Assembly (NCBI GenBank): GCA_902801845.1
Contig: CADCJW010000002.1
Span: 399,612-463,611 of the forward strand
Source of the DNA: an uncultured Eubacteriales bacterium
GTDB lineage: Bacteria; Bacillota; Clostridia; Christensenellales; CAG-138
DNA: 64,000 nt
Direction: 5' to 3'
Shown one piece after another: positions 46,459 through 58,625 of this stretch; position 1 is the first letter of the stretch; every line of letters starts with the position of its first letter. Position numbers and translations under genes: made by a program. Below the pieces are notes generated by a model. It was not told the origin of the DNA and did no database searches. It saw only the letters and a program-made list of their open reading frames with translations.

Positions 46459-47265
46459 ATGAAAAAGCGCTTCGCAGGTATATTGGCCGTCGGCCTGATC
46501 CTTTTGTGGGCCGCCTGCGCCCCGGCTGCCCAGGCCCCCGCCGCGGAAGCTCCCGCCGGCGAGCCGGCCCCTCAGGCTGCGGAGGAAAAGGCCATGCCCG
46601 AGTCCTTCCTCTGGGACGATTTTCAGGACAGGGACCCGGAGCATATGCCCGAAGTCGGCCCCAACGGCGCCTCCATCCGGGAGAGCAGCTGGAAGAACGT
46701 GCGGGCCAAAAACGACGGCGGCGCCCTGAAGCTGGATATGCGGCCCCCCGCCTTCGACGGGAAGGCCTATGAAAGCGAGGATGCCTATTACGCCCACGCC
46801 GACGAATGGATGGCCGATTGGGGCGAGACGGTGGATATGTGGTCCCTGGAGGGCATCGGCTGGTGCAGATACTTGACCATCCGGGTGAAGGGCGACATCG
46901 GCGGCGAGGAGCGCATGCTGATCTTGGATCTTCATCCCCAAAACGCCCGATTCTACGCCGTCCGGTTCAGCGATCTCGTGCTGAAGGACGGGGGCCATCC
47001 CACCATCACCCGGGAGTGGCAGGAGCTGACCATCGACCTTACCGCATCCGGCCTCCCCGGCATGACCGACGCTCTCCATCTCAGGGCCTTTCTGCCCTGC
47101 ATCCTCTGGTTGGAACGGATCGACTTTTCCAAGCCCCTCGCTCCCATGGACCCCGGCGCCGTTTTGGCGGGCCTGGAGGCGGCAGAAACGGGCAAGCCCG
47201 GGGATCTGCCCATAGAGACCTATGTGAACTCCTTCTCCGCCTGCATGCTGAACACCTTAGGCTGA
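46459..47265 (+). CDS. hypothetical lipoprotein, possibly galactose-binding/CBM-like fold
   Basis: Lipobox WAAC; YLTIRVKG..GGE, ITREWQELTIDL, LWLERIDF. Confidence 0.55.
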   Translation: MKKRFAGILAVGLILLWAACAPAAQAPAAEAPAGEPAPQAAEEKAMPESFLWDDFQDRDPEHMPEVGPNGASIRESSWKNVRAKNDGGALKLDMRPPAFDGKAYESEDAYYAHADEWMADWGETVDMWSLEGIGWCRYLTIRVKGDIGGEERMLILDLHPQNARFYAVRFSDLVLKDGGHPTITREWQELTIDLTASGLPGMTDALHLRAFLPCILWLERIDFSKPLAPMDPGAVLAGLEAAETGKPGDLPIETYVNSFSACMLNTLG

Positions 47266-47289
47266 AGCAGGCCGTCCCCGATAAAAGCG

Positions 47290-47320
47290 AGGCCGCTGCC
47301 CCATGGCAGCGGCCTTTGTT
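47290..47320. terminator. terminator between convergent genes
   Basis: aggccgctgcc-ccat-ggcagcggcct-ttgtt. Confidence 0.65.
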
Positions 47321-47355
47321 GGTATGTGTGTTTTAGCGTGCGCCTCGTGCACCCG

Positions 47356-50300
47356 TCAATCGAAGTACCTGACCGCGGCCTCGAACATGCGGCTGTCGTA
47401 GGTGCCGGGAACGTTTCGGTAGAGGCCGGCGCCGATGCGCTCGCTGTGGCCCATCTTGCCGAAGACGCGGCCGTCCGGGGAGGTGATGCCCTCGATGGCG
47501 TAGAGGGAGCCGTTGGGATTGAAGCGCACGTTTAGGGTGGCCCGGCCCTCAAGATCCACGTATTGTGTGGCGATCTGGCCGTTTTCCGCCAGCTTGCGGA
47601 TGAGGGCCTCGTCGGCGATGAAGCGGCCCTCCCCGTGGGAGATGGGCACGTTCACCACGTCGCCCACGTCCATGAGGCTGAGCCAGGGGGACAGATTGGA
47701 GGCGATCCGGGTCCGCACGATCCGGGACTGGTGCCGGTGGATCAGGTTGTAGGTCAGGGTGGGGCAGCTTTCGTCCGTGTCCATGATCCGGCCGAAGGGC
47801 ACCAGGCCCAGCTTGATGAGGGCCTGGAAGCCGTTGCAGATGCCGCACATGAGGCCGTCCCGGTTGTCTAAAAGGTCCGTGACCCCGTCCTTGATGCGCT
47901 CGTTGCGGAAGAAGGCGGTGATGAACTTGCCGCTGCCGTCGGGCTCGTCGCCGCCGGAGAAGCCGCCGGGAAGGAAGACCATCTGGGCGTTTTTCAGAGC
48001 CCGACTGAACCGGTCCGTGGAGGCCACGATGCCCGCGGCGGACAGGTTGTTGAGGACCAGCACCACGGGCTCGCCCCCCGCGTCCCGAACGGCCTTGGCG
48101 CTGTCGTACTCGCAGTTGGTGCCGGGGAACACGGGGATCAGCACCCGGGGCTTGGCCACATGGACTTTGGCCTTGGGATGGGCGGCGGCCACGTAGCTGA
48201 AGTTCTCCACCGGGCCCTCCGGCGCGGGGATGTTGCAGGGGTAGACCCCCTCCAGCCGGTCCTCATAGATCCGCTGCAGGGCCGCCCCGCCCAAAGTTTC
48301 CGCCCCGTAGGTGAAGGCGAAGTCCGCCCTGGTCTCGCCCAGGAGGAGGCCCTCCTCCAAAGGCTCCGTGAGCTCCAGCAGGAACCTGCCGGGCCGATCC
48401 TCCAGAAGCGTCTCAAGGGGTACCTTGGGATCGAACCGGAAGCCCAAACCGTTGCCGAAGGCCATCTTCATCACGGCAGCCGCCGCGCCGCCCCGCTCCG
48501 GGGTGTAGGCAGCCACCGCCTTGCCGCTGTGAAGCAGCTCCGCCACCCGATCGAAGAGGGCCAGAAGGGACTCCTTCCCGGGCAGGCCGTTCTCGTCGTA
48601 TGCGGGGGAAAGCAGCGCCACCGGATGGCCCGCGCCCTTGAAATCGTTGGATACGATGTGCTCCTCCGCCTCCGTGGTGACGGCGAAGGACACCAGCGTG
48701 GGGGGCACGTCCAGATTTTCGAAGGTGCCGCTCATGGAGTCCTTGCCGCCGATGGCCCCGATGCCCAGATCCATCTGGGCCCGGAAGGCTCCCAGCAGGG
48801 CCGCGAAGGGCATGCCCCACCGCTTGGGGTCCCGGCCGGGCTTGGCAAAATACTCCTGGAAGGTCAGATACACGTCCTCGAAGCTGGCGCCGGTGGCGAC
48901 GAGCTTGGAGACGGACTCCACCACCGCGCCGTAGGCCCCGTGGAAGGGGCTCTCGCCGGTGAGGATGGGGTCGTAGCCCCAGGCCATGAGGGAGCAGGTC
49001 TTCGTGTGCTTCTTCTCCATGGACACCTTCTGGACCATGGCCTGGACCGGGGTCATCTGGTGCTTGCCGCCGAAGGGCATGAGCACCGCCCCCGCGCCGA
49101 TGGTGGAATCGAACCGCTCGGAGAGGCCCCTGCGGGAGCAGACGTTGAGGTCGCCGGCCAGCCGCGTCATATTCTCCCCGAAGGAGCCCGTGACGGGCTT
49201 GGGCTCCAGGGCGGGCCGGGGCGCCTGGATCCGGATATGCTTGGGGGCGCCGTTGGAATTCAAAAAGTCTCGACCGATGTCCACGATTCGCTTTCCGTTC
49301 CAGGTCATGACCAGCCTTGGCTCCTCCGTGACCCGGGCCACGGGACAGGCCTGCAGGTTCTCCTCCTGCGCCAGGCTCAAAAACCGGTCCACGTCCTCCC
49401 GGGCCACCACCACGGCCATCCGCTCCTGGGATTCGCTGATGGCCAGCTCCGTGCCGTCCAATCCCTCATACTTTTTGGGCACCGCGTTTAGATCGATGAG
49501 CAGCCCGTCGGCCAGCTCGCCGATGGCCACGGACACGCCGCCCGCGCCGAAGTCGTTGCACCGCTTGATCATCCGGCAGGCGGTGGGGTTCCGAAACAGC
49601 CGCTGGAGCTTCCGCTCCTCGGGAGCGTTCCCCTTCTGCACCTCCGCCCCGCAGGTCTCCACGGAGTGGGCGGTGTGGGCCTTGCTGGAGCCCGTGGCCC
49701 CGCCGATGCCGTCCCGGCCCGTGGAGCCGCCCAACAGGATGACCGCGTCCCCGGGGATGGGCCGCTCCCGGCGCACGTTCTCAGCCGGCGCGGCGGCGAT
49801 GACCGCCCCGATCTCCATGCGCTTGGCGGCGTAGCCCGGATGATAGATCTCGTCCACGATCCCCGTAGCGAGGCCGATCTGGTTCCCGTAGGAGGCGTAG
49901 CCCGCCGCCGCCGTGGTGACCAGCTTCCGCTGAGGGAGCTTGCCGGGGATGGTCTCGCTGACGGGCCGGGTGGGATCCGCCGCCCCGGTGACCCGCATGG
50001 CCCCGTATACGTAGGCCCGGCCGGAGAGGGGGTCCCGGATGGCGCCGCCGATGCAGGTGGCCGCGCCGCCGAAGGGCTCGATCTCCGTGGGGTGGTTGTG
50101 GGTCTCGTTCTTGAAGAGCAGGAGCCAGGGCTCCTTCTTCCCGTCGGCGTCCACCTCCATCTTCACGGTGCAGGCGTTGATCTCCTCGGATTCGTCCAGC
50201 TTGTCGAGCTTCCCCTGGGCCTTCAGATGCTTGGCCGCCAGGGTGGCGATGTCCATGAGGCAGACGGGCTTGGTCCGGCCGAGGGCCCTGCGGGTATCAA

Positions 50301-51045
50301 GATAGCTCTCATAGGCCCGCTGCAAAAGCTCGTCCTCGAAGGCGACGTCATCGATCTCGGTCAAAAAGGTGGTGTGGCGGCAGTGATCGGACCAGTAGGT
50401 GTCGATCATGCGGATCTCGGTGATGGTGGGGTCCCGGCCCTCGTCGGCGAAGTACCGCTGGCAGAAGGCGATGTCGTCCACGTCCATGGCGAGGCCGTAG
50501 TCCCGGATGAAGGCGGAAAGGCCCGCCCCGTCCAGGGCCCGGAAGCCCGTCAGGGTCTTCACCTCGGTGGGGATGGCGTAAGCCGTCCGCAGGGTCTCGG
50601 GCTTCTCCAAGGACGATTCCCGGGCCTCCACCGGGTTGATGACGTATTTCTTGATCTCGGCGATCTCCCCCTCGGTCAGGGCCCCGTAGAGGACGTAGAC
50701 CTTGGCGGAGCGGATCAAGGGCCGCTCCCCCTGGGAGATGAGCTGGATGCACTGGGCCGCGGAATCCGCCCGCTGGTCGAACTGGCCCGGCAGATACTCC
50801 ACGGCGAACACCGTCCCGCCGCCGAAATCGGGGGTCTCGGTGGCCGTGTCCACCTGGGGCTCCGAAAACACGGTGCGCACCGCCTGGTCGAAGAGGGCCT
50901 TGGAGATGTCCTCCCCGTCGTACCGGTTCAACAGCCTGAGCCCGGTGAGGGAACCGATGCCCAAAAAGTCCGTCAGCTCCCGCTGCAGGGCCTCCGCCTC
51001 CTGGGCAAAGCCCGGCTTCTTTTCCACGAAGATCCGATATACCAT
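47356..51045 (-). CDS. purL: phosphoribosylformylglycinamidine synthase (large single-chain)
   Basis: WSDHCRH, KNETHNHPT, DFGAGG, SESQERM, GGKDSMS, FPGTNCE, GICNGFQ, MGHSER. Confidence 0.96.
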   Translation of the reverse strand: MVYRIFVEKKPGFAQEAEALQRELTDFLGIGSLTGLRLLNRYDGEDISKALFDQAVRTVFSEPQVDTATETPDFGGGTVFAVEYLPGQFDQRADSAAQCIQLISQGERPLIRSAKVYVLYGALTEGEIAEIKKYVINPVEARESSLEKPETLRTAYAIPTEVKTLTGFRALDGAGLSAFIRDYGLAMDVDDIAFCQRYFADEGRDPTITEIRMIDTYWSDHCRHTTFLTEIDDVAFEDELLQRAYESYLDTRRALGRTKPVCLMDIATLAAKHLKAQGKLDKLDESEEINACTVKMEVDADGKKEPWLLLFKNETHNHPTEIEPFGGAATCIGGAIRDPLSGRAYVYGAMRVTGAADPTRPVSETIPGKLPQRKLVTTAAAGYASYGNQIGLATGIVDEIYHPGYAAKRMEIGAVIAAAPAENVRRERPIPGDAVILLGGSTGRDGIGGATGSSKAHTAHSVETCGAEVQKGNAPEERKLQRLFRNPTACRMIKRCNDFGAGGVSVAIGELADGLLIDLNAVPKKYEGLDGTELAISESQERMAVVVAREDVDRFLSLAQEENLQACPVARVTEEPRLVMTWNGKRIVDIGRDFLNSNGAPKHIRIQAPRPALEPKPVTGSFGENMTRLAGDLNVCSRRGLSERFDSTIGAGAVLMPFGGKHQMTPVQAMVQKVSMEKKHTKTCSLMAWGYDPILTGESPFHGAYGAVVESVSKLVATGASFEDVYLTFQEYFAKPGRDPKRWGMPFAALLGAFRAQMDLGIGAIGGKDSMSGTFENLDVPPTLVSFAVTTEAEEHIVSNDFKGAGHPVALLSPAYDENGLPGKESLLALFDRVAELLHSGKAVAAYTPERGGAAAAVMKMAFGNGLGFRFDPKVPLETLLEDRPGRFLLELTEPLEEGLLLGETRADFAFTYGAETLGGAALQRIYEDRLEGVYPCNIPAPEGPVENFSYVAAAHPKAKVHVAKPRVLIPVFPGTNCEYDSAKAVRDAGGEPVVLVLNNLSAAGIVASTDRFSRALKNAQMVFLPGGFSGGDEPDGSGKFITAFFRNERIKDGVTDLLDNRDGLMCGICNGFQALIKLGLVPFGRIMDTDESCPTLTYNLIHRHQSRIVRTRIASNLSPWLSLMDVGDVVNVPISHGEGRFIADEALIRKLAENGQIATQYVDLEGRATLNVRFNPNGSLYAIEGITSPDGRVFGKMGHSERIGAGLYRNVPGTYDSRMFEAAVRYFD

Positions 51046-51046
51046 A

Positions 51047-52306
51047 TCACGCCTCCAACGCCCGCTTGCCGATGTCCCGGCGATAAAACTCGTTTGTAAA
51101 GGAGACCTGCTCCACCTGCCCGTAGGCGAGGGCCAACGCCTCCCGCAGATCCTTGCCCCTGGCCACCACGCCCAGGACCCGGCCGCCACTGGTGTAGAGC
51201 TTCCCGTCCTTCTCCTTGGCGCCGGCAAAGAGCAGATGGGGCCGGACCGCCTCGGTCATGGAGATCTCAAACCCCTTCTCGTAGGCAAGGGGATATCCCT
51301 GGGAAGCCAGGATCACGCAAGCCGCCGCCCCGTCAGCGAAGCGGACCTCCGCCTCGCTCAAACGCTCCTCGGTCACCGCCTGCATGACGGTGAACAGATC
51401 GCTTTCCAAAAGGGCCAGCACCACCTGGGTCTCCGGGTCCCCGAAGCGGCAGTTGTACTCGATCACCTTGGGGCCCTTCTCCGTCAGCATGAGGCCGAAG
51501 TAGAGGCACCCCTTGAAGGGCCGCCCCTCCGCCGCCATGCCCCGGATGGTGGGCAAAAAGATCTCCGCCATGCACCGGTCGGCCACTGCCGCCGTGTAGT
51601 AGGGGTTGGGGGCCACGGTGCCCATGCCGCCGGTGTTCAGCCCCTTATCCCCGTCGAGAGCCCGCTTGTGGTCCATGGAGCTGACCATGGGCACCAGGGT
51701 CTTCCCGTCGGTAAAGGCCAGGACCGACACCTCGGGCCCGGTCAAAAACTCCTCGATGACCACGGTCTCCCCGCTGTGGCCGAATTTGCCCTCGCACATG
51801 GCCGCCCGGACCGCCGCTTCCGCCGCCTGCCGGGTCTCGGCGATGACCACGCCCTTGCCCAGGGCCAGGCCGTCCGCCTTGATGACGGTGGGCAGGGGGC
51901 AGTCCTTCACGTACTCAAGGGCCGCCGCCGGGTCGGAAAAGGTGTGATAGGCCGCGGTGGGGATGCGGTGCCGGGCCATGAAATCCTTGGCGAAGGCCTT
52001 GCTCCCCTCCAGGATGGCGGCCGCCTTGTTGGGGCCGAAGCAGGGCACCCCCTGCCCCTCCAGCAGGTCCACCGCCCCCAGGACCAGGGGATCGTCGGGG
52101 GTGACCACCGCGTAGTCGATGGCTTTCTCCCGGGCGAAGGCCGCGATGGCGGGCAAATCCGTGGCGCCGATGGGCACGCAAACGGCCTCCCGGGCCATGC
52201 CTCCGTTGCCGGGCAGCACGTACAGCTCGTCGATCTGCCGGTTCTCCCGCAGTTTCTTCACGATGGCGTGCTCCCGCCCGCCGCCGCCGATGACCATGAC
52301 GTTCAT
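51047..52306 (-). CDS. purD: phosphoribosylamine-glycine ligase
   Basis: IGGGGREHA, LEGSKAFAK, KADGLALGKGV, NTGGMG, EYNCRFGDPE, GGRVL. Confidence 0.97.
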   Translation of the reverse strand: MNVMVIGGGGREHAIVKKLRENRQIDELYVLPGNGGMAREAVCVPIGATDLPAIAAFAREKAIDYAVVTPDDPLVLGAVDLLEGQGVPCFGPNKAAAILEGSKAFAKDFMARHRIPTAAYHTFSDPAAALEYVKDCPLPTVIKADGLALGKGVVIAETRQAAEAAVRAAMCEGKFGHSGETVVIEEFLTGPEVSVLAFTDGKTLVPMVSSMDHKRALDGDKGLNTGGMGTVAPNPYYTAAVADRCMAEIFLPTIRGMAAEGRPFKGCLYFGLMLTEKGPKVIEYNCRFGDPETQVVLALLESDLFTVMQAVTEERLSEAEVRFADGAAACVILASQGYPLAYEKGFEISMTEAVRPHLLFAGAKEKDGKLYTSGGRVLGVVARGKDLREALALAYGQVEQVSFTNEFYRRDIGKRALEA

Positions 52307-52316
52307 AGGTACCTCC

Positions 52317-53501
52317 TTAGTGGTGGAACAGGCGCAGGCCCGTAAAGGCCATGACCATGCCGTGTTTGTCGCAGCAGTCGATGACCGCGTCGTCCCGGAT
52401 GGAGCCGCCGGGCTCCGCCACGTATTGTACGCCGGAGCGGAAGGCCCGCTCGATATTGTCGGAGAAGGGGAAGAAGGCGTCGGACCCCAGGGCCACGTTC
52501 CGGACGGTATCGAGATACGCCCGCTGCTCCGCCCTGGTGAAGGGCTCCGGCCGCCGGGTGAAGTACCGCTGCCAAACCCCGTCCGCGGTCACATCCTCCT
52601 CATTTTGGTTGATATAGCCGTCCACGGCGTTGTCCCGGTCCGGCCGGCCCAGCCCCGGCTTGAAGGGAAGGTCCAGGACCTTGTCCGCCTGGCGCAAGAA
52701 CCAGGTGTCCGCCTTGGTGCCGGCGAGGCGGGTGCAGTGGATGCGGGACTGCTGCCCCGCGCCCACGCCGATAGCCTGGCCGTCCACGGCGTAACAGACG
52801 GAGTTGGACTGGGTGTATTTCAGGGTGACGAGGGACACGATCAGGTCCCGCGCCCCGCTCTCGGGCAGGTCCTTGTTGGCGGTGACCAGGTTGGAAAGCA
52901 GGCTCCTGTCGATCCTGCAGTCGTTCCGCCCCTGCTCGAAGGTGACGCCGAAGACTTGCTTTTTCTCCCGGGCCGCGGGCACGTAGTCCGGGTCGATTTC
53001 AACCACGTTGTATTTCCCGCCCCGCTTGGTCCGCAAGATCTCCAAGGCCTCCGGTTCGTAGCCCGGGGCGATGACCCCGTCGCTGACCTCCCGCTTGATA
53101 AGGCGGGCGGTGGTCACGTCGCACACGTCGCTCAGGGCCACCCAGTCGCCGAAGGAGCAGAGCCTATCCGTGCCCCGGGCCCGGGCGTAGGCGCAGGCCA
53201 GGGGGGAATCGTCCAGCCCCGGCACGTCCTCCACGAAGCAGGCCCGTTTCAGCCTGTCGTCAAGGGGCAGGCCCAAAGCGCTGCCGCTGGGGGACACGTG
53301 CTTGAAGGAGGCCGCCGCGGGCAGGCCCAGGGCCCCCTTCAGCTCCCGCACCAGCTGCCAGGCGTTGAGAGCGTCCAAAAAGTTGATATAGCCGGGGCGG
53401 CCCCACAGGACCTGCACCGGCAGAGCCCCGCCGTCCGCCATATAGATGCGGGCGGGCTTCTGGTTGGGGTTGCAGCCGTATTTGAGTTCGAACTCGTTCA
53501 T
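52317..53501 (-). CDS. AICAR transformylase (PurH C-terminal part only, no IMPCH domain)
   Basis: Starts at ELKYGCNPNQ; FKHVSP, KYTQSNSV, GAGQQSR, SDAFFPF, EPGGSIRD, RLFHH. Confidence 0.9.
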   Translation of the reverse strand: MNEFELKYGCNPNQKPARIYMADGGALPVQVLWGRPGYINFLDALNAWQLVRELKGALGLPAAASFKHVSPSGSALGLPLDDRLKRACFVEDVPGLDDSPLACAYARARGTDRLCSFGDWVALSDVCDVTTARLIKREVSDGVIAPGYEPEALEILRTKRGGKYNVVEIDPDYVPAAREKKQVFGVTFEQGRNDCRIDRSLLSNLVTANKDLPESGARDLIVSLVTLKYTQSNSVCYAVDGQAIGVGAGQQSRIHCTRLAGTKADTWFLRQADKVLDLPFKPGLGRPDRDNAVDGYINQNEEDVTADGVWQRYFTRRPEPFTRAEQRAYLDTVRNVALGSDAFFPFSDNIERAFRSGVQYVAEPGGSIRDDAVIDCCDKHGMVMAFTGLRLFHH

Positions 53502-53510
53502 GGGGCCTCC

Positions 53511-54227
53511 TTAGTTCTTGTTGATGAGGGTCTCGCTGACGGCCCCGGTCAACACATCGGTGTACCGCACGTAGAGGGAGATGCGGTTGTTCTCGTCCAG
53601 GGCGGCCCAGAGGGCCTCGGAAAATTCGTCGATGTCGTCCAGCATCCTCACCCGCTTGGGCTCCCCCTGGAAGGTGGGCAGCGGGTCGCCGTCGGTGACG
53701 TAGGTGTGGAGGAAGTGGCCAAGGCCCGCCTTCGCCGGGTAGCTGAAGGTGTATCGGCTGCAGCCGCTTCCGGCTTCGTCGATGCTCTTCAAAATGCTCA
53801 TCTCATAGGAAAAATCCCCGTTTTCAAAGGTCAGCAGGCCGCTGATCCGGGGGGTGAAGTTGGGACCGTCGGGCTCGAAGCAGCGGGAAGAGAGGGCTTC
53901 GGAAAAGCTCTTGCCCGCCTGCAGCCCCTCATAGACGGTGTCCGTCTGGTCCCCGTTGGTGAGGATGAGCCTGTTCCCATACTGCCGCAGGGCGGCGTAG
54001 ATGATGAGGCTGGGGTCCTTCACCCGGCTGGGGTCGAAGGGCTCCGTAAAGAGGGCCCCGTCCCGGATCACGAAGATCCTATTCCGGGAGTTGTCGCTGC
54101 GGCCCATGATGAAATAGGCGCAGACGGCTTGGCTGCCGTCGGGGGTCTTGCCCATGACGATGCCCCGGCCCGGATAGGGGTTGCCGGTAAGCAGGGTGGA
54201 AATATCCTGTGCGCCGTAGATGTCCAT
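53511..54227 (-). CDS. stand-alone IMP cyclohydrolase (PurO-like)
   Basis: YPGRGI, YFIMGRS.NSRNR, IIY, TNGDQTD, FEPD.PNFTPRISG. Confidence 0.85.
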   Translation of the reverse strand: MDIYGAQDISTLLTGNPYPGRGIVMGKTPDGSQAVCAYFIMGRSDNSRNRIFVIRDGALFTEPFDPSRVKDPSLIIYAALRQYGNRLILTNGDQTDTVYEGLQAGKSFSEALSSRCFEPDGPNFTPRISGLLTFENGDFSYEMSILKSIDEAGSGCSRYTFSYPAKAGLGHFLHTYVTDGDPLPTFQGEPKRVRMLDDIDEFSEALWAALDENNRISLYVRYTDVLTGAVSETLINKN

Positions 54228-54236
54228 GGTGTCCTC

Positions 54237-54872
54237 CTATTCTTGGGTATCCCGCCGGGAGACGATCTCTCGGCTCACCAGCTCCACCGCCCGGGGGAGC
54301 AGCTTCCATTCCGCCTGCTCCATGACCCGGCGCTGCAGCGTCTCCGGGGTGTCCCCCGGTCGGACCCGGACCGCCTTTTGAAAGAGGATCTCTCCCCCGT
54401 CCGGGACCTCGTTGACGAAATGGACCGTGGCGCCGGTCACCTTCACGCCCTTTTGGAGGGCGGCCTCGTGGACCCTCAGCCCGTAGAACCCCTCGCCGCA
54501 GAAGGCGGGGATCAAGGACGGGTGCACGTTCAAGATCCGCCGGGGCCAGCGGTCGGTGAAGGCTCCGCTGAGGATGGCCAAAAAGCCCGCCAGCACGATG
54601 AGCTCGATGCCCCGGTCCGTCAAAGCCTTTTGGAGGGCCGCTTCAAAGCCCGCCTGGCCGCCGCAGGCCTTTTTCGTCAGGGTGAGGGCCTCCACCCCCG
54701 CCGCTTTGGCCCGCTCCAGGGCGTAGGCGCCGGTCCGGTTGGAGACCACCAACGATACCTCCCCGTGGGGGAGCTTCCCCGCCGCCTGGGCGTCCAAAAT
54801 GGCCTGCAGATTGGTGCCGCCGCCGGAGACCAGCACGGCGATCTTCGCCTTGGGCCGGCTTTTGCTCAGCAT
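54237..54872 (-). CDS. purN: phosphoribosylglycinamide formyltransferase
   Basis: VSGGGTNLQA, LAGF, LNVHPSL, GATVHFV..DGG. Confidence 0.95.
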   Translation of the reverse strand: MLSKSRPKAKIAVLVSGGGTNLQAILDAQAAGKLPHGEVSLVVSNRTGAYALERAKAAGVEALTLTKKACGGQAGFEAALQKALTDRGIELIVLAGFLAILSGAFTDRWPRRILNVHPSLIPAFCGEGFYGLRVHEAALQKGVKVTGATVHFVNEVPDGGEILFQKAVRVRPGDTPETLQRRVMEQAEWKLLPRAVELVSREIVSRRDTQE

Positions 54873-55912
54873 ATGACGATCTTCTCCTCGCTCTCTTCGA
54901 TGACGCCGATCCGATAGGCGTCCTCCCCGTTCTCCCGAAGGATCTCAAGGGCTTTCTCGGCGTCCTTTTCGGCCACCACCAGGCTCATGCCCACGCCCAT
55001 GTTGAAGGTGTTGAACATGTCCCGTTCGGGGATGTTGCCCCGCTTTTGGATCAGGTGGAAGATGGGCAGCACCCGCACGCGGGCCCGGTCGATCCTGGCG
55101 CACAGGCCCTGGGGGATGCTGCGGGGGATGTTCTCATAGAAGCCGCCGCCGGTGATGTGGGAGATGCCCTTCACCTGGACCTGCTTCAAAAGGGCCAGCA
55201 CCGGCTTTACGTAGATCTTCGTAGGCGTGAGGAGGGTCTCGCCCAGGGACCTTCCGCCCAGCTCCGCCAGGGGGGCATGAAGGTCCGCGTGCTCCACGTC
55301 GAAGACCTTCCGCACCAGGGAGAAGCCGTTGGAATGGACGCCGCTGGAGGGCAGGGCGATGATCGCGTCCCCGGGGGCCATGGTCCCGTTGTCGATGATC
55401 CGGGGCCGGTCCACGATGCCCGTGGAATAGCCTGCGAGATCGTATTCGTCCTCCGGGTAGAAGCCGGGCATCTCGGCGGTCTCCCCGCCGATGAGGGCCG
55501 CCCCCGCCTGGACGCAGCCGTCTGCGACGCCCTTGACGATGTCGGCGATCCGCTCGGGCACGTTCCTGCCGCAGGCGATGTAATCGAGGAAGAAGAGGGG
55601 CTTGGCCCCGCAGCAGATGATGTCGTTGACGCACATGGCCACGCAGTCGATGCCCACGGTGTCGTGCCTGTCCATCAAAAAGGCCAGCTTCAGCTTGGTG
55701 CCCACGCCGTCGGTGCCGGAGACCAGCACGGGCTCGGTCATGCCGGCGATGTCCGGCACGAACAGGCCGCCGAAGCCGCCGATGTCGGAGCAGACCCCCG
55801 CCGTGGCGGTGCGGGCGATGTGGCTTTTCATGAGTTCAACGGCCTTGTAGCCGGCGGTGATGTCCACGCCCGCCGCGGCGTAGGCCTCGGACCGGGATTT
55901 AGAATCGGTCAT
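54866..55912 (-). CDS. purM: phosphoribosylformylglycinamidine cyclo-ligase
   Basis: YAAAGVDI, TDGVGTK, VAMCVND, GGETAEMP, SGVHSNGFS, HITGGG, FNMGVG. Confidence 0.97.
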   Translation of the reverse strand: MTDSKSRSEAYAAAGVDITAGYKAVELMKSHIARTATAGVCSDIGGFGGLFVPDIAGMTEPVLVSGTDGVGTKLKLAFLMDRHDTVGIDCVAMCVNDIICCGAKPLFFLDYIACGRNVPERIADIVKGVADGCVQAGAALIGGETAEMPGFYPEDEYDLAGYSTGIVDRPRIIDNGTMAPGDAIIALPSSGVHSNGFSLVRKVFDVEHADLHAPLAELGGRSLGETLLTPTKIYVKPVLALLKQVQVKGISHITGGGFYENIPRSIPQGLCARIDRARVRVLPIFHLIQKRGNIPERDMFNTFNMGVGMSLVVAEKDAEKALEILRENGEDAYRIGVIEESEEKIVIC

Positions 55913-55915
55913 AGT

Positions 55916-57340
<1,425 letters not shown>

Positions 57341-57345
57341 GGGCC

Positions 57346-58038
57346 TTACGCCTCGGCGAAGAAGAGCTTGGAAAGGGTCATGGGGTCGATGTATTCCCCG
57401 TTCTTATAGACCCGCATGTTGCCGGAGGCGATCTCGTCGATGAGCATGACGGAGCCGTCGGTGTCGTAGCCGAACTCGAACTTGATGTCGTAGAGGACCA
57501 GGCCCTTCTCCTTCATGTCGTCCGCCACGATCTGGGTGATCCGCTGGGTCATCTCCTTGATGGCGTCGTACTGCTCCGCCGTCATGACGCCCAGGACGAT
57601 GAGGCCATCCTTCGTCACCAGGGGGTCGCCCTTCTCGTCGTTCTTGAAGGTGGTCTCCACGTAGGCGGGCAGATCCGCGCCCAGCTCCACATAGTCGCTG
57701 TAGCGGCGGTAGAAGCTGCCCACAGCCTTGTGGCGGCAGATGACCTCCAACCCCTTGCCGAAGACCTTGGCGGGCCGGACCTCCATGGTGGTGTTCCCAA
57801 GGTCCGCGGATACGTAGTGGGTCTTGATGCCGGCGGCGTTGATCTTCTCGAAGAAGTACACGGACATGCGAAGGTTCACGTCGCCCACGCCCTCGATGGT
57901 GAGGCCCACGCTGTTTTCGCCCGGATCGAAGACGCCGTCCTTGCCGGTGCAGTCGTCCTTGAATTTCAAGAGGTAGTTGCCGTTGTCCAGAGCGTACACG
58001 TTCTTGGTCTTGCCGGTATACACGAGTTTCGGTTCCAT
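57346..58038 (-). CDS. purC: SAICAR synthetase
   Basis: YTGKTK.VY, FKDD, LEVICR..AVGS, K.D..GDP, DIKFEFG, LIDEI. Confidence 0.92.
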   Translation of the reverse strand: MEPKLVYTGKTKNVYALDNGNYLLKFKDDCTGKDGVFDPGENSVGLTIEGVGDVNLRMSVYFFEKINAAGIKTHYVSADLGNTTMEVRPAKVFGKGLEVICRHKAVGSFYRRYSDYVELGADLPAYVETTFKNDEKGDPLVTKDGLIVLGVMTAEQYDAIKEMTQRITQIVADDMKEKGLVLYDIKFEFGYDTDGSVMLIDEIASGNMRVYKNGEYIDPMTLSKLFFAEA

Positions 58039-58069
58039 GGTTTTTCTCCTTTTCAAAATAAAATGGTCC

Positions 58070-58561
58070 TTATTGCAGCGCGGTCATGACCGCGGCGTCC
58101 TTCCTGAGTACGGTCTCGGCGTCGGCCCGGCGCTTTGCGGCCAGCTTCTCGGCCAGGGTCCCGTCCTCCACCGCCAGGATCTCGATAGCCAGCAGGGCGG
58201 CGTTGGCGCCCCCGTTCAGGGCCACTGTGGCCACGGGGATGCCGCTGGGCATCTGGACCGTGGAGAGGAGGGCGTCCAGCCCGTCCAGGGCCCCGCCCTT
58301 GCAGGGGATGCCGATGACGGGAAGGGTGGTGTTGGCGGCGATGGCACCGCCCAGATGGGCGGCCATGCCCGCCACGGCGATGATGACGCCGAAACCCTGC
58401 TCCCGGGCGTTCCGGGCGAAATCCCGGGCCTCATCCGGGGTCCGATGGGCGGAAAAGATGTGGGCCTCGAAGGGGACTTCAAAGGCGGCGAGGACGTCCG
58501 TGGCCTTGCGGACCACGGGCAGATCGCTGTCGCTGCCCATGACGATGGCAACTTTTTTCAT
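58070..58561 (-). CDS. purE: N5-CAIR mutase / AIR carboxylase
   Basis: [41 protein letters not shown]. Confidence 0.96.
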   Translation of the reverse strand: MKKVAIVMGSDSDLPVVRKATDVLAAFEVPFEAHIFSAHRTPDEARDFARNAREQGFGVIIAVAGMAAHLGGAIAANTTLPVIGIPCKGGALDGLDALLSTVQMPSGIPVATVALNGGANAALLAIEILAVEDGTLAEKLAAKRRADAETVLRKDAAVMTALQ

Positions 58562-58575
58562 GTGGTGCACCTCCC

Positions 58576-58625
58576 AAAAAAGAAATAATGGGCACATTGA
58601 TCCCATGCAGGTTCAACAATGCCCA
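58576..58625 (-). terminator. ZTP riboswitch-controlled terminator
   Basis: Minus strand tgggcattgttga...tcaatgtgccca-ttatttctttttt overlapping the aptamer 3' stem. Confidence 0.7.
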
